Shown: one piece after another, positions 36,641-49,870 of the stretch | Layout of the letters: every line of letters begins with the position of its first letter | Numbering within the stretch: the first letter of the stretch is position 1 | Source: Octopus sinensis | Lineage: Eukaryota | NCBI RefSeq assembly: GCF_006345805.1 | Contig: NC_043001.1 | Location: 88,040,001-88,104,000, forward strand | Length of the DNA: 64,000 bases | Direction: 5' to 3' | Position numbers and translations under genes: made by a program | Notes under the pieces: generated by a model | Databases searched by the model: none | The model's input: the letters and a program-made list of their open reading frames with translations, nothing else | What the model was told of the DNA's origin: nothing

Positions 36641-37596
36641 TATATATATATATATATATCTATATATATATATATATATATATATATGCTAGCATGAACA
36701 ATGGATGTTAAATGATGATGATGATATGTATGTGTCTTTGTGTTTGTCCTTCTATTGCTTGACAACTGGTGTTGGTTTGTTTACATCCTTGTAAGCAAAG
36801 AGGCCAATAGAATCAGTGCCAAAATTTAGAAAATTATTTATTTCTTTATTGCCCGCATGGGGCTAAACATAAAGGGGACAAACAAGGACAGACAAAGGGA
36901 TTAAGTCGATTACATCGACCCCAGTATGCAGCTTGGAACTTAATTTATCGACCCCGAAAGGATGAAAGGCAAATTCGGCAGAATTTGAACTCAGAACATA
37001 AAGACAGATGAAATACCGTTATGTATTTTGCCAGCGTCCTAACGTTTCTGCCAGCCCATTGCCTTACTTAGAAAATTATTTCTGAGGTTGATTTGTTCAA
37101 CTAAGCCCTTCAAAGCAGTGCTCTAATGACCAAAACAAGTAAAAGGCAAAGAGAATTAGAACAGAAATTATAATAACTATGACCTTGTTTCTGCCAGATG
37201 TGTGATATTGATACTGTTGGTGTTTAGACTGAACAGCTGTGTGCCAACAGCAGTAAGATATTCATGAGTTATTAAAGGCTGCGAGCTGGCAGAAACGTTA
37301 GCACAATGGGCAAAATGCGTAGCAGTATTTCATCTGCTGTTACGTTCTGAGTTCAAATTCAGCCAATGTCGACTTTGCCTTTCATCCTTTCGAGGTCGAT
37401 AAATTAAGTACCAGTTATGCACTGGGGTCGATGTAATTGACTTAATCCATTTGTCTGTCCTTGTTTGTCCCCTTTGTGTTTAGCCATTTGTGGGTAGTAA
37501 AGAAATAGATAAGAAATAGATATTCATGAGTGGAGAGAGAATTCTAGAGAGTACATTTCTAAGGATGAATCAATGAACAAAGTTTTTAATGTAGAG

Positions 37597-37852
37597 CAGT
37601 GGTCCCCATCCAGGATCCATATGGCCCTTTGTGGGGTCCATATTGGATTTTTTATTAAAATTTATATGCAGTAGATTACTTATAATTCTACAAAAGACAA
37701 AATATTTAAACATTTTTTTATACAATTCCTGATAAAATTTGATTATAAAAATCTAAAGGATCTTTTTTTAAATATGGAATGGTTATGTGGATCCACCTTA
37801 ATTTAATTAGGAATCCAAAGGGTCCATATTCAAACATAGTTAAGAACTACTG
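37597..37852. mobile_element. hAT-like MITE
   Basis: Termini cagtggtcccc / aagaactactg; 8-bp flanks atgtagag and atctggag (6/8 match). Confidence 0.5.
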
Positions 37853-38098
37853 ATCTGGAGTGAGGGAAAGGGAGATCTATCAGGAATAACCAAATGAGGA
37901 GAGATGATTACATTGAATTCGCTTGAATGGAATGAGTATGTGACTAATTGAGATAAACAGAGGCTGTTGTACAAACAAGAGAAGAAAAAACACATGTGAT
38001 TGTAGAAGGGTAACTCTGTTCCTCTTCAACAACCACTATACTCCTCAGAGCTCTCACTTATGTCTCTAAATAGCTGTTTGCATGCAACAGCAGCCACA

Positions 38099-38463
38099 GT
38101 GGAGGCACAATGGCCCAATGGTTAGGGCAGCAGACTCGCAGTCGGAGGATCATGGTTTCGATTCCCAGACCAGGCGTTGTGTGTGTTTATTGAGCGAAAA
38201 CACCTAAAGCTCCACGAGGCTCCAGCAGGAGGTGGTGGCAACCCCTGTTGTACTCTTTTGCTCCAACTTTCTCTCACTCTTTCTTCTTGTTTCTTGTCCC
38301 CAACTTCCTATGCAACCACTGAGCCTGGATGCGCATTCATCCATCTGTGTCGGGGATTGACCTGTTTTCTCTTCTGTGAGTCTTACGAATAGTAAAGAAC
38401 CATGTTTCGGACTTCTCTCATCTTGCCAGCTCTGCAACGAAGACCGTTCACTCATCAGCAACA
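38099..38463 (+). mobile_element. SINE family C with body type 2
   Basis: 15-bp TSD gcaacagcagccaca at 38084-38098 and 38464-38478. Confidence 0.9.
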
Positions 38464-38959
38464 GCAACAGCAGCCACAAATTTGTGAAATGGCCTTCTTT
38501 TGAATGAGATGTCATATGATAGTTTTTCTAACAGCTGCACTGTTTCTAGGTATGAGTAGTAATCTAATGTGGGCCATGCTTGAGCTCTGTACATAGTCAG
38601 CTGACTTGATCAGGGCTGATGTATTTACTAATTCTGAGGAAGAAGGCAAACCTTTGTGAGGCAGTTTTAGTTATGTTATATACATGAAATGTCATCATAA
38701 GAAAGATTATCAATGACTGAGAGGGAACTGCACTAAAATATAAAGTATTTATGTGAGATAGTATAGGAAATAAAATGGTGAGAACTTTGACAGATTTGAA
38801 CCTACATTTACTATTTGATATATTCAGGTATGCAAATTATTCACTTGATTTTCTTAAAAAACTTGACATGATTATGTAATATAATAAAGATAAAATGTAA
38901 AAAGTAGAGTAAAATGATAAAAGAGATACAGTAAAATGATAAAAATGATGCAGTAAAAT

Positions 38960-40760
38960 CTAATGTATTGATAATAATAATAATCAATAGTTCTTGCTAC
39001 GGACTAATGAAAGCACCTTTCAAGGATAAAGCTCAATGAAATAGCAATTACAATGACAAGTGCAAACTTGGTCATCATATACTTAATGAAAACAGATACC
39101 AACAACACTATCACAAGGTTAAATGAAATAATATATGCAGCCTCCATAATAGTTACAAAAGGAAGTAGAAACTCCTGGAGATCTATTCATATGGTGATAT
39201 CAAATCCAAGTAAACAATATGGTAAACAAACACACAGTGAAATATAGAAAACAAAAGAGAAAGCTCTCTCAATCCTTAATGAAATTATTAATGAAAAGTC
39301 ACAGTTTAAAAGAGAGAGACAGAGAAAGAAATAGAGAGATAGGAAAATACTGTGGAAATATAACCTAACAAAGTACTCAAAATCAAAATTTAAAAACAAG
39401 ACATCTGAAATGAGAGATTTCAGCTAAATCGCAAAAACTTCAACCATATGCAAAGTGGCAGATATTCTTCGAACAAAACAAACAATCTGACTCTAGCCAT
39501 GAAAAAAAATTATATAAAAAACATTAGGTAAAAAAGTAGAAATCAATGCTACACCATCAGCAAGACAAATAGAAAAATTCTGGAAAAGAAATATGAATAG
39601 CAAAGGATTCACCATAAATATGATTGCTCAAAATTAACAAAAAACAGCACCTGAACAATCATGATAAGCCATGTCAGTTCAAGATGTAACCCACATTTTA
39701 CGATGAAACAAGCTCATAATTCTCTGGTTAAAACATTATAACATATATTATTGTAAATTTTTATAATAACTTAAATTATTATAACAAAAATTACTAGCAA
39801 AAATATTTAATAATATTCTGAAAGAACCATAAACAACACCAGGCAGATTCGCCCAGGGAGAAAACCTTAACTATCAAGACTAAAGGAACAGCACACCCTA
39901 AAATCTACTGATCCTATAACCTGATTTCCTATTGTTTACAAAGGTTTCATTGCAATAATTGTGACCTCCTTCAGTCATGAATGACCATGGAATTGCACCT
40001 AGAAAGTTACCCTCCGAGGTACAAGTCTGGGCAAGGTTGTTTATGGAAGATCAGCAGTCACCCACGCATACAAGCCTCTCCTCTCCACACTGCTGGTGTT
40101 ATCCAAAGGAAAGGCAGAAGCCGATACAGCTTGGCACCATTGACGTCGCAGCTCATTTATTAACATGCAAGTGGCTGAGCACTCCACAGACACGTGTACC
40201 CTTAACGTAGTTCTTGAGGAGATTCAGCATGACACAGAGTGTAACAAGGCTGGACCTTTGAAATACAGGTACAACAGAAACAGGAAGAAAGAGTAAGAAA
40301 AAGTTGTAGTGAAAGAGTACAGCAGGGTTCACCACCACCCCCTGCCAGAGCCTCGTGGAGCTTTAGGTGTTTTCACTCAATAAACACTCACAATGCCCGG
40401 TCTGGGAATCGAAACTGCGATCCTACGACCGCGAGTCCGCTGCCCTTACCACTGGGCCATTGCGCCTCTACCATTGCAATAATATCACTGTGAATAAATA
40501 AAAGCTGGTAAAATGCAACTTCTTTCCAGAAGAGCAGATAGGATGATGCAATGGCTCATAGATGTAAAAATCTATTATTGATCACCAAAACTATTACTTA
40601 GAATTGTGAATGAAGGAAGACATGCCTGATCATAGCATGGATAAACTACCAGAAAGCTTTTAACAGTGCTCCCTACACATCGATCTTGGGAATCATTAGT
40701 CATGAGTAAGATATCAATAAGCAGTTACATTAAACATACCACAAGGAAACAAGACATTTA
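38960..40760 (+). pseudogene. R4/Dong-like LINE ORF remnant interrupted by a SINE
   Basis: Degenerate frames resemble LNEIIYAASI.VT, KFW, FPEEQ.G, IAW.NY.KAF.S.P, an RT N-terminal pattern of the R2/R4 group. Confidence 0.6.
39960..40471 (-). mobile_element. Full-length SINE family C, body type 3 plus extended 3' tail
   Basis: 12-bp TSD cattgcaataat at 39948-39959 and 40472-40483. Confidence 0.9.
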
Positions 40761-41217
40761 CACAAACTGACCTTTTCTCTACAAGTAAAATTTCTTCTAG
40801 AAAGACTCTCCTTTCTCCATTCCTGCTCAGTTTGTCAGTGACAACATCAATTATACATACTTCACTTCTATATAAAGAGGCTGGGGGTAGCTGTAGATTG
40901 TGTTCTATGGAGGCATCAGAAGTCCTATTGCAATAGACTTACAATAATAAACAAGTGAATTATTAATAAACAAATGAATTATTGATCTGTTATTCCTACT
41001 AATTCAATAAAACTTTAAGAAAAATTCTGCCTAACTTACTCACTTAGCATTCCCATTCTCTGAGTTACTATAACTTCTTGCTGATTATTCTCTATTTCTA
41101 ATGCCTTATACTCCCTGTTTAATTAATTTCTGTGGAATTAATCATCTGGTTTATTTAATTTCAACTCTGACTTAATAGTATATGCATTCCTTGGGTGTCT
41201 TAAACCCATGTATACTA

Positions 41218-41304
<87 letters not shown>

Positions 41305-44300
41305 GAAAAAGGGAAAATGAAAATATCTTATTTCCATCTTCACTTTTGCCTTTATAACTAAACATTAATTTCATAAATATTAATTTCATTATATTTCAAC
41401 TATTAATCAAATATTCTACATAATTTCCTGAGAAACATGAAGCTATAGGTTCTTTAACCCTATATCCTTATTCTTATCTTTCTTAGTAATTTTTTTATAT
41501 TGATTTTCCTTCTTTCTTTAGATGTTTCTTTTTGATTTCTCTCTTCTCTGAATTCATGGCATTTCTAAGAATATAGTAGTAACTAGCTGATATCTGAACA
41601 TTTATCATTTTTTTATATGCATATATACACATTATAAATTTTGACTTTCTATATGAGACAGTATTAGTGGCCCAAGTAGATCTGTACAAAGAAGAAAACA
41701 GAAGTCTGTTGCAATTTTTGATAAACAAAATTTTATGTTTTTCGTACACAAAAAAAAAAAATTACTGTCATTACTATGAATGACAATGTCGAGAGTTTGA
41801 ATGTTATTGTTCTTGGTGTAATTATAATGGTAGTCAGAAATTTAGCTGCATGTTGCTGTTGCCAATCTTTCACTGTGGTTGTTGTCAGCTAGGATCAACA
41901 GTTGTCGGTGTCTGTTTGCTGTCTGTCTACCGTCTCATCTCTGCTGCATCCCAATGCTCTCTGTCAAGTAGTCAAGGTGTGCTGCATTTATACTGATAAT
42001 TAGGTTCAAAACGAAGTGTGCCAAAAGATGAAATTGTTGCTGGAGCTTATTCCACACAAAGTTGTGATTGGTTAAATTTTGTTGATCACGTGGGTAATAA
42101 CTCTAGCAAATCATGACATAGAGTGATTGTTAAACATTTCTGCTGAAGATCATATGTAAGGAAATTAACAAAATACTCTGCCTCCATAATCCCCTCACGT
42201 ATGTGTTTCTCCCACAGTACATTGACTTAATGGTATTCATTGCTCTTCATTAAGGCAGCGAGCTGGCAGAAATGTTAGCACGCAAAATGCTTAGCGGTAT
42301 TTCGTCTGCCGCCACGTTCTGAGTTCAAATTCCACCGAGGTCGACTTTGTCTATCATCCTTTCGGGATCGATTAAATAAGTACCAGTTATGCACTGGGGT
42401 CGATATAATCGACTTAATCCGTTTGTCTGTCCTTGTTTGTCCCCTCTATGTTTAACCCCTTGTGAGTAGTAAAGAAATAGGTATTCATTGCTCTGATCTT
42501 TGAAGCCAATCTCACTCTTATTTATAAGACTGTATCTGCCTATATATATATGTTTTGCTGATAGTCATGAAGACAATTGGTGGTATTTTCACTTAATATA
42601 TAATCGTTATACAACTTTTATAATTTCATGTATATTATCCAGCTTGTTGATTGATGTAACAATTCCACCAGCTATTGAAATGATCATAACTGATTAATAA
42701 ATGTAAACCACCACCTGTAGTCCTTTGATTGTTCTATTTTATACTCTGTAATGGATGCTTGATTCTTATAATGAACGTGTTTTCCTGATTTTCAGCTTGT
42801 GTGGAAAATTTCTTGATTAACTGAATGATTTTTCTTCTTTTTACATCCTGTTAGCTGAGATTTTGTATGGAGTACTGAGATGTTCACCTGGATTTCTTGA
42901 ATGTGTGAGTGTATGTGTGTGTGTGCATGAGTAGGTATGCACAGGTGTGTGTGTATGTGTCCTTGTCATTACATCAGATGCTATTTGTAAATATCACAAG
43001 CAGTGTCATTTGCTAACGATCTTCCAGCCATGGTGAAATATTACCTTGCTTAGAAAAAGATGAAGGTCGGTGACAGGAAGTGCACTCGGACATAGAAAAT
43101 CTGCCTCAATGAATTCCATCTGACCCATGCAAATATAGAAAAGTAGACGTTAAAATAATAAGGAAGATGATGGTGATGGCAATAATACTTAATATATAAA
43201 TACCTTTACATGCACAAAGTGTGCCAAGTTTACCTTAACATGGCAAGCTAACGATTGTTAACACACCAGGCAAAAACCTTTATGTTCTGAGTTCAAATTC
43301 CACTAAAATCAGCTTTGCCTTTCATTTTTCCAGGGCCAATGAATTAAGTACCATTTGAATCCTGGGGTCAATGTAATTGACTTACACCCTCCCCTGAGAT
43401 TGATAGTCTTGTGCCAAAATTTAAAACCAAAATTATTATTTACTTTAAAGTGCACCACAAGTAAAATAGCTTGGAAGCCACTACCCCACATTTATAATCT
43501 CTTATAAATTTGTGGCCTTGTGCCAAATTAAATATCAGTTATACCATGATTAGCTATACCTTATTAATTAGCTAAGTAAACTAAGAGATTCCTAAGTTGT
43601 TTTTGCTATGGACATTGTACAAAACTAATGTAACAGAATATTTCCTGTTGATCTCCTTCCTCATTTGCTCCATAAGCTACCATCTTCAACATGGTCGTCT
43701 AAAACACTTATTTCACCATTAGTAACCAATATGTCTGAATTATGAAACTAACTAAAAGTACACGCACATGCACACACACACACACACACACTCCAAGATG
43801 ATATCGCTTTGACGTGAAATAAATCAATGAAGATTTCATGTTTGGGGTTTTCACTAATCACTGTTTAATACTTAAGAGTGATGCCAAACCTGATGGGAAT
43901 GTTAGCATCCACTATAACTCTTAGTACTAGCTTACTTGTTCTTTCATTTACACTTGACACATGACACAAAGTTAAGGTCTTCATTAATGATAGAAAACTT
44001 CATTAACAGACACCAAAAGAAAAAAAGAAAGGAAGAAAATATTGATATGAAGTAATCAATAAATTTTGAAACCTAGGGAAAGCAGCTTTAGAAAATACTA
44101 TTCACACCTGAAACATTGTATACATAGGGTTTAGCAATCTCTTTGTGTCCTTATCAACACCTCAGCTAATATATTTACAAGGCACCATTCGAACGTGATC
44201 GTTTCCAGCATCGCCTTACTGGCACCTGTGCCAGTGGCACGTGTAAAAAGGATTCAAGTGAGGTTGTTGCCAGTACCGCCTGACTGGCCCCCATGCCGGT

Positions 44301-44534
44301 GGCATGTAAAAAGCACCCACCACACTCTCGGAGTGGTTGGCATTAGGAAGGGCATCCAGTTGTAGAAACTCTGCCAGATCAAGATTGGAGCCTGGTGCAG
44401 CCATCTGGTTTGCTAGCCCTCAGTCAATTCGTCTAACCCATGCTAGCATGGAAAGCGGACGTTAAACGATGACGATGATGATGATGACTTACATATTCAT
44501 TCTTAATGTTTCAGCAAATTTCAACATGAAAATG

Positions 44535-44910
44535 TTTCAGTCATTTGACTGCGAGCCATGCTGGAGCACTGCCTTTAGTCGAGCAAATCAACCCCAGGAC
44601 TTATTCTTTGTAAGCTTAGTACTTATTCTATCAGCCTCTTTTGCTGAACCTCTAAGTTACAGGGACATAAACACACCAGCATTGGTTGTCAAGCGATGCT
44701 AGGGGGACAAACACAGACACACAAACACACATACACACATATATATACAGGCTTCTTTCAGTTTCTGTCAACCAAATCCACTCACAAGGCTTTGGTCAGC
44801 CCGAGGCTTATAGTAGAAGACACTTGCCCTAGGTGCCACACAGTGGGACTGAAGCCAGAACCATGTCGTTGGTAAGCAAGCTACTTACCACACAGCCACT
44901 CCTGTGCCTA
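44535..44910 (-). mobile_element. SINE family A
   Basis: Reverse complement of the consensus; another copy at ~45378-45905. Confidence 0.85.
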
Positions 44911-45600
44911 TACTTGATTCTTTTTATACGACCATGTACATGATGATGATGGTTATCATCATCATCATCATTCAGCATCTGTTTTCCATGCTGGCATGGA
45001 TTAGATACTTTGACTGCAACTGGTAAAGCCAGAGAGCCACACCAGGCTCAAGTCTGTTTTGACTCAGTTTCTGCAGCAGGTTGCCCTTCGTAACATCAAC
45101 CACTCCACAGAGTGTACACACATACATATATACATGTGTATACACATGCATACTGATGCACACACATACACACAAACAAACAAAATGAACCCAGCTCCGA
45201 TAACAGTCAGAGTCAGCAACTATTGAAGAGGTTGCAAGAAGCAATGAAAACTTTAGGAAAGAAAAATAATAAATGAGTGGAAATTGAACCAGTGAGTGTG
45301 TAAATTAATAAAGCATTAAAACAGAATAACTTTCCCCAGACACAACAATATATGTGTATATGTGTATATATATATATATACTCATTTACTCTTTTAGTTG
45401 TTTCAGTCATTTTACTGTGGCCATGCTGGAGCACCACCTTTAGTTGACCAAATCAACCCCAGGACTTAATCTTTGTAAGCCTGGTACTTATTCTATCAGT
45501 CTCTTTTGCCAAACCGCTAAGTTACAGGGACATAAACACTGCAGCATCAGTTGTCAGACAATGTTGGGACAAACACAGACACACAAACATATACACACAG

Positions 45601-45744
<144 letters not shown>

Positions 45745-46367
45745 TGTGACAGGCTTCTTTCAGTTTCCCAAATCCACTCACAAGGCTTTGGTCGCCCTGA
45801 GGCTATATAGTAGAAGACAATTGCCCAAGGTGCCACGCAGTGGGACTGAACCCGGAACCATGTTGTTCGTAAGCAAGCTACTCACCACACAGCCACTCCT
45901 ACACCTATATATATAAGGGGAATCAAAAGTTTTGCAATATTTGCATACATACTAGTTTGCTACATGTGTATCACATGACCAAAGCTGTTCAACTGATACT
46001 ACCTGAGGTTGGTAGTATCATTAGATTGGTGCACTGACATATTGTGCATTGCTTCACTTCACTTCATATGTGATATGAAAGCTGCACAGATAAACATGCA
46101 CTGTAGTCTAATTTGAGATACTTATACTTTAACTCTGTGGAAGCAACAAAAAAACATTGGTTGTGTAAAAGGTGAAGGTACAGTTTATCATAGTATAGTA
46201 ACCAGATGATCTGGTCATCTGTGAAAATGAAAATCTGACAAGTGCATACTACACATCTGTACTCTAGATATAAATGCTGGGAACTGACATGACCTAGCAG
46301 CATGAAAAGTTTCATATATGCACATGAAAAATGGTGTCACCTCCCACCCAAAGGATTTTGCTCTCTC

Positions 46368-46399
<32 letters not shown>

Positions 46400-46400
<1 letters not shown>

Positions 46401-48007
46401 ATTTGCGGCCAAAATGTTCAGAACGGCATTGTTTTTGTCAGAAAAGTAGGTATTATCAAAGTGTTTTATTTTCTATAATTTTCACAGACAATAAATACGA
46501 TCTTAATTGTTATTGTCTGAGATTTTGGTGTAATTTGAGAGGATAATACAAAAGTTATGAATGATTTAGTGATTTACTGCAAAACCCACGGCGGCCAAAA
46601 TGATCAGAACGGTTGCTTTTACTCCGTGTTTTAGTATATTTAACCGGTGAACTCTAATGTTTTGAATTTGTTTACCTGACGGTTCGTTTACTAAACATTA
46701 GTAAGAGTATCTGCAGTGTACTTTGTTAATATAATGCTACTTACTTCATTACTAATTCGTCAGCAGATTATTAAGCTTCAAAAGAAGGATAATTTAAGTA
46801 TTGGGTCTATTGCAAAGATTGTTAACAAGTGAAAAAGTGTTGTTCACAGTATTCTTAAGGTCTACGATGATTGTGGTTCGTGTGGAACAAGAAAGCCTAC
46901 AGGTAGGCCAAGAAAAACGACCAAGAGAGAAGATCGTGCTATGGTAAAGTTGGTTAAAAAGGACAGATTTAAAACTGCTGCTGCTGTTTCTCGGGAAATG
47001 AGCATTGTACTGAAGAAAACTTTATCTCGAAAAACTGTCTCGTCGTTTAGTTGAACATGACCTACAAGCAAGAGTACCTGCAGTGAAGCCACTGATCAGC
47101 TCCAAGAATAAAAAGTGTCATCTAATCTTTGCAACCGAACATGTGTTGTGGTCTCAAGAAAAATGGCAAATGGTGCATTTCAGTGATGAATCTAAGTTTA
47201 TGTTATTTGGCTCAGATGGGGAAAGGTACGTTCGTAGAAAGGTAGGTGAAAAATTGTCGCCTAAATGCCTTAAGACTAGTTTTAAATTCAGTGAAGGAAG
47301 TGTCATGGTTTGCGGGATGATATCTGGAGATGGTGTGGGCCCTTTGGTGCGATTACATGGAAAGGTAAATGCAGGAGTTGATAAACAACTTGTAAAAGAT
47401 CATGTCTTGCCTGTGCTGAGAAATTCAACTAAGCGATCACCCATATTCATGCAGGACAATGCCCCATGTCACAAGGCTAAGGTAATCATGAACTTTCTCA
47501 AGGCTGAAAAGGTTATTGTTATGGATTGGCCTGCTCAAAGCCCAGATCTTAATCCTATTGAAAATGTGTGGAATATTCTAGGAGAACGTTCGAAAGCCAG
47601 AAATCCTAAAACAACTGAGCAATTATGGAATGCCCTTCAGGAAGAATGGAATAAGATCACCCAGCAAGAAATTGAAAATTTATTTTCCTGATGCAGTCGA
47701 AGATGTCAAGGTGTGATTGAAGCTAAAGGGCTTCACACTAAATATTAAATAATTCCACTATTCTCTGTCATTTTTGATTATTTTGTTATTTTGTTATTTT
47801 TCAACCGTTCTGATCATTTTGGCCGGCATGGGTTTTGCAGTAAATCACTAAATCATCCTCTTAAATTACACCAAAATCTCAGACAATAATAATTAATTTC
47901 TTATTTATTGTCTGTGAAAATTATAGAAAATAAAACAACTTTGATAAACACTTATACCTACTTTTCTGACAAAAACAATGCTGTTCTGAACATTTTGGCT
48001 GCAACTG
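46400..48007 (+). mobile_element. Tc1-family DNA transposon with ~210-bp IR/DR termini
   Basis: TA-flanked TIRs 46400-46615 and 47802-48007, each with ggccaaaatg[t/a]tcagaacgg at both ends; transposase between them. Confidence 0.93.
46730..47745 (+). pseudogene. Tc1 transposase (DD34E); N-terminus disrupted
   Basis: IRQQIIKL...GRPRKTTKRED (stop and frameshift), then ORF 47083-47691 with FSDESKF, MQDNAPCH, WPAQSPDLNPIENVW; exactly 34 aa between the second D and the E. Confidence 0.92.
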
Positions 48008-48041
48008 TATATATACATACATACATACATAAATTTACATA

Positions 48042-48082
<41 letters not shown>

Positions 48083-48084
<2 letters not shown>

Positions 48085-48206
48085 AGACCGATAGAATAAG
48101 TACTGGGCTTACATAAGAATAAGTCCTGGGGTTGATTTGCTCGACTAAAGGCAGTGCTCCAGCATGACCGCAGTCAAATGACTGAAACAAGTAAAAGAGT
48201 AAAAGA

Positions 48207-48262
<56 letters not shown>

Positions 48263-48623
48263 GCTTGCTAACCAACCACATGGTTCCAGGTTTAGTCCCA
48301 CTGCGTGGCATCTTGGGCAAGTGTCTTCTACTATAGCCCCGGGCCGACCAATGCCTTGTGAATGGATTTGGTAAACGGAAACTGAAAGAAGCCTGTCGTA
48401 TATATGTATGTGTGTGTGTGTTTGTGTGTCTGTGTTTGTCCCCCTAGCATTGCTTGACAACCGATGCTGGTGTGTTTACGTCCCTGTCACTTAGCGGTTC
48501 GGCAAAAAGAGACCGATAGAATAAGTACTGGGCTTACATAAGAATAAGTCCTGGGGTTGATTTGCTCGACTAAAGGTGGTGCTCCAGCATGACTGCAGTC
48601 AAATGACTGAAACAAGTAAAAGA

Positions 48624-48630
<7 letters not shown>
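48083..48630 (+). mobile_element. Head-less SINE family A preceded by a duplicate of its own tail
   Basis: 48083-48210 and 48506-48630 share private variants (tactggg, cttacataag, gggttgatt). Confidence 0.8.
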
Positions 48631-48661
<31 letters not shown>

Positions 48662-48848
48662 AAGTCAAAATAGAAAATGCTAAAATAATTTTATAAAGAA
48701 TATTTCAGTCATTTTGAGACCTTTTCAACTGTAACGATTAAATAATTAAATTTAGAAAAATTAAAAGAAAAGTTTTTTTTAAAGGAATATTTGTATAGTG
48801 TTCAAATATAAGTGGCATTCTGCCTTTCTCTGTCTCCCTTGTTTGCAC

Positions 48849-48896
48849 TTGTGTGTTCGAGGCCGTTGTGAATTCACAACGACCTCGAACACACAA
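48849..48896. other. 48-bp near-perfect palindrome (one mismatch, centre GAATTC)
   Basis: ttgtgtgttcgaggccgttgtgaa / ttcacaacgacctcgaacacacaa. Confidence 0.92.
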
Positions 48897-49069
48897 ACTG
48901 TATCCATATAACCTTTGAACAAGGGAGGTCAGTCGTTGTTCTCTTTTAGAGAGACTTAGTAATTTTAATATTTCTATTATTGAAAACAAGTGGATGTATT
49001 CCACCGAAGCTAGGTAAATAAAACCTTTGAACAGAGATTGTCGGAAGCGACACCTACTGGTTTGGCTAC

Positions 49070-49111
49070 GCTGCATTGAAAAGGGGCAATACCCCGAAAC
49101 GCGTCTGTAGC
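49070..49111 (+). ncRNA. Type I hammerhead ribozyme variant (U3-A8), copy 4
   Basis: Same motif within the single 362-bp unit (~48935-49278) of the right arm. Confidence 0.72.
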
Positions 49112-49769
49112 TGCCGGCCAAGTAGTGTGGAGCGACTGACCTCCCTTGTTCAAAGGTTATATGGATACAGTTTGTGTATCAAATAGCTAACTTAAGGCGA
49201 TGGCCTCATGGAGCTAATAAGCGGTCAGCTTTATTCTTATTTTTATAAGAATGCCATATTAGTATGGCGATAACTAATATATATATATATAATGTGTTTC
49301 TACACAATTTCCAACTTCACTCACAAATTCACTATCAAATTCATTTGTGCCTAATCAATAACAAACATGTGAATAAACTATTAAATATGGCAACAAACTA
49401 TGATGGAAGGTTGTACTTAAACACTAAAGAATATGGCAGTTAACACTCTACAGAATATGGCAGCAAAATTCTAGTGATTGTCTCCATAAAGTGCTTTACA
49501 TTGGAGTAAAAAACACTGTATTCCATTGTAGCAAACACTATGTTACATACAGTGTGTAATATGTTGTATATGCTGTATTACAGCACTAAATAAGAAAGTA
49601 CTTCCATATATGGTTAGAAAATATAACAGGTACATGCATGGCTTTGTGGTTAAGAAGTTTGCTTCCCCACCACTGACCCTGAAACAACATGGTTGTGAAG
49701 CATGCATTTCAATTACACAGCTACACCTGCACCCATAAATATATGTGTGTGTGTATATGTATATGTATG

Positions 49770-49870
<101 letters not shown>

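Noticed and set aside
38535-38549. Possible 15-bp micro-exon (tttttctaacag|ctgcactgtttctag|gtatga)
   Set aside because: Too short to distinguish from chance without RNA data
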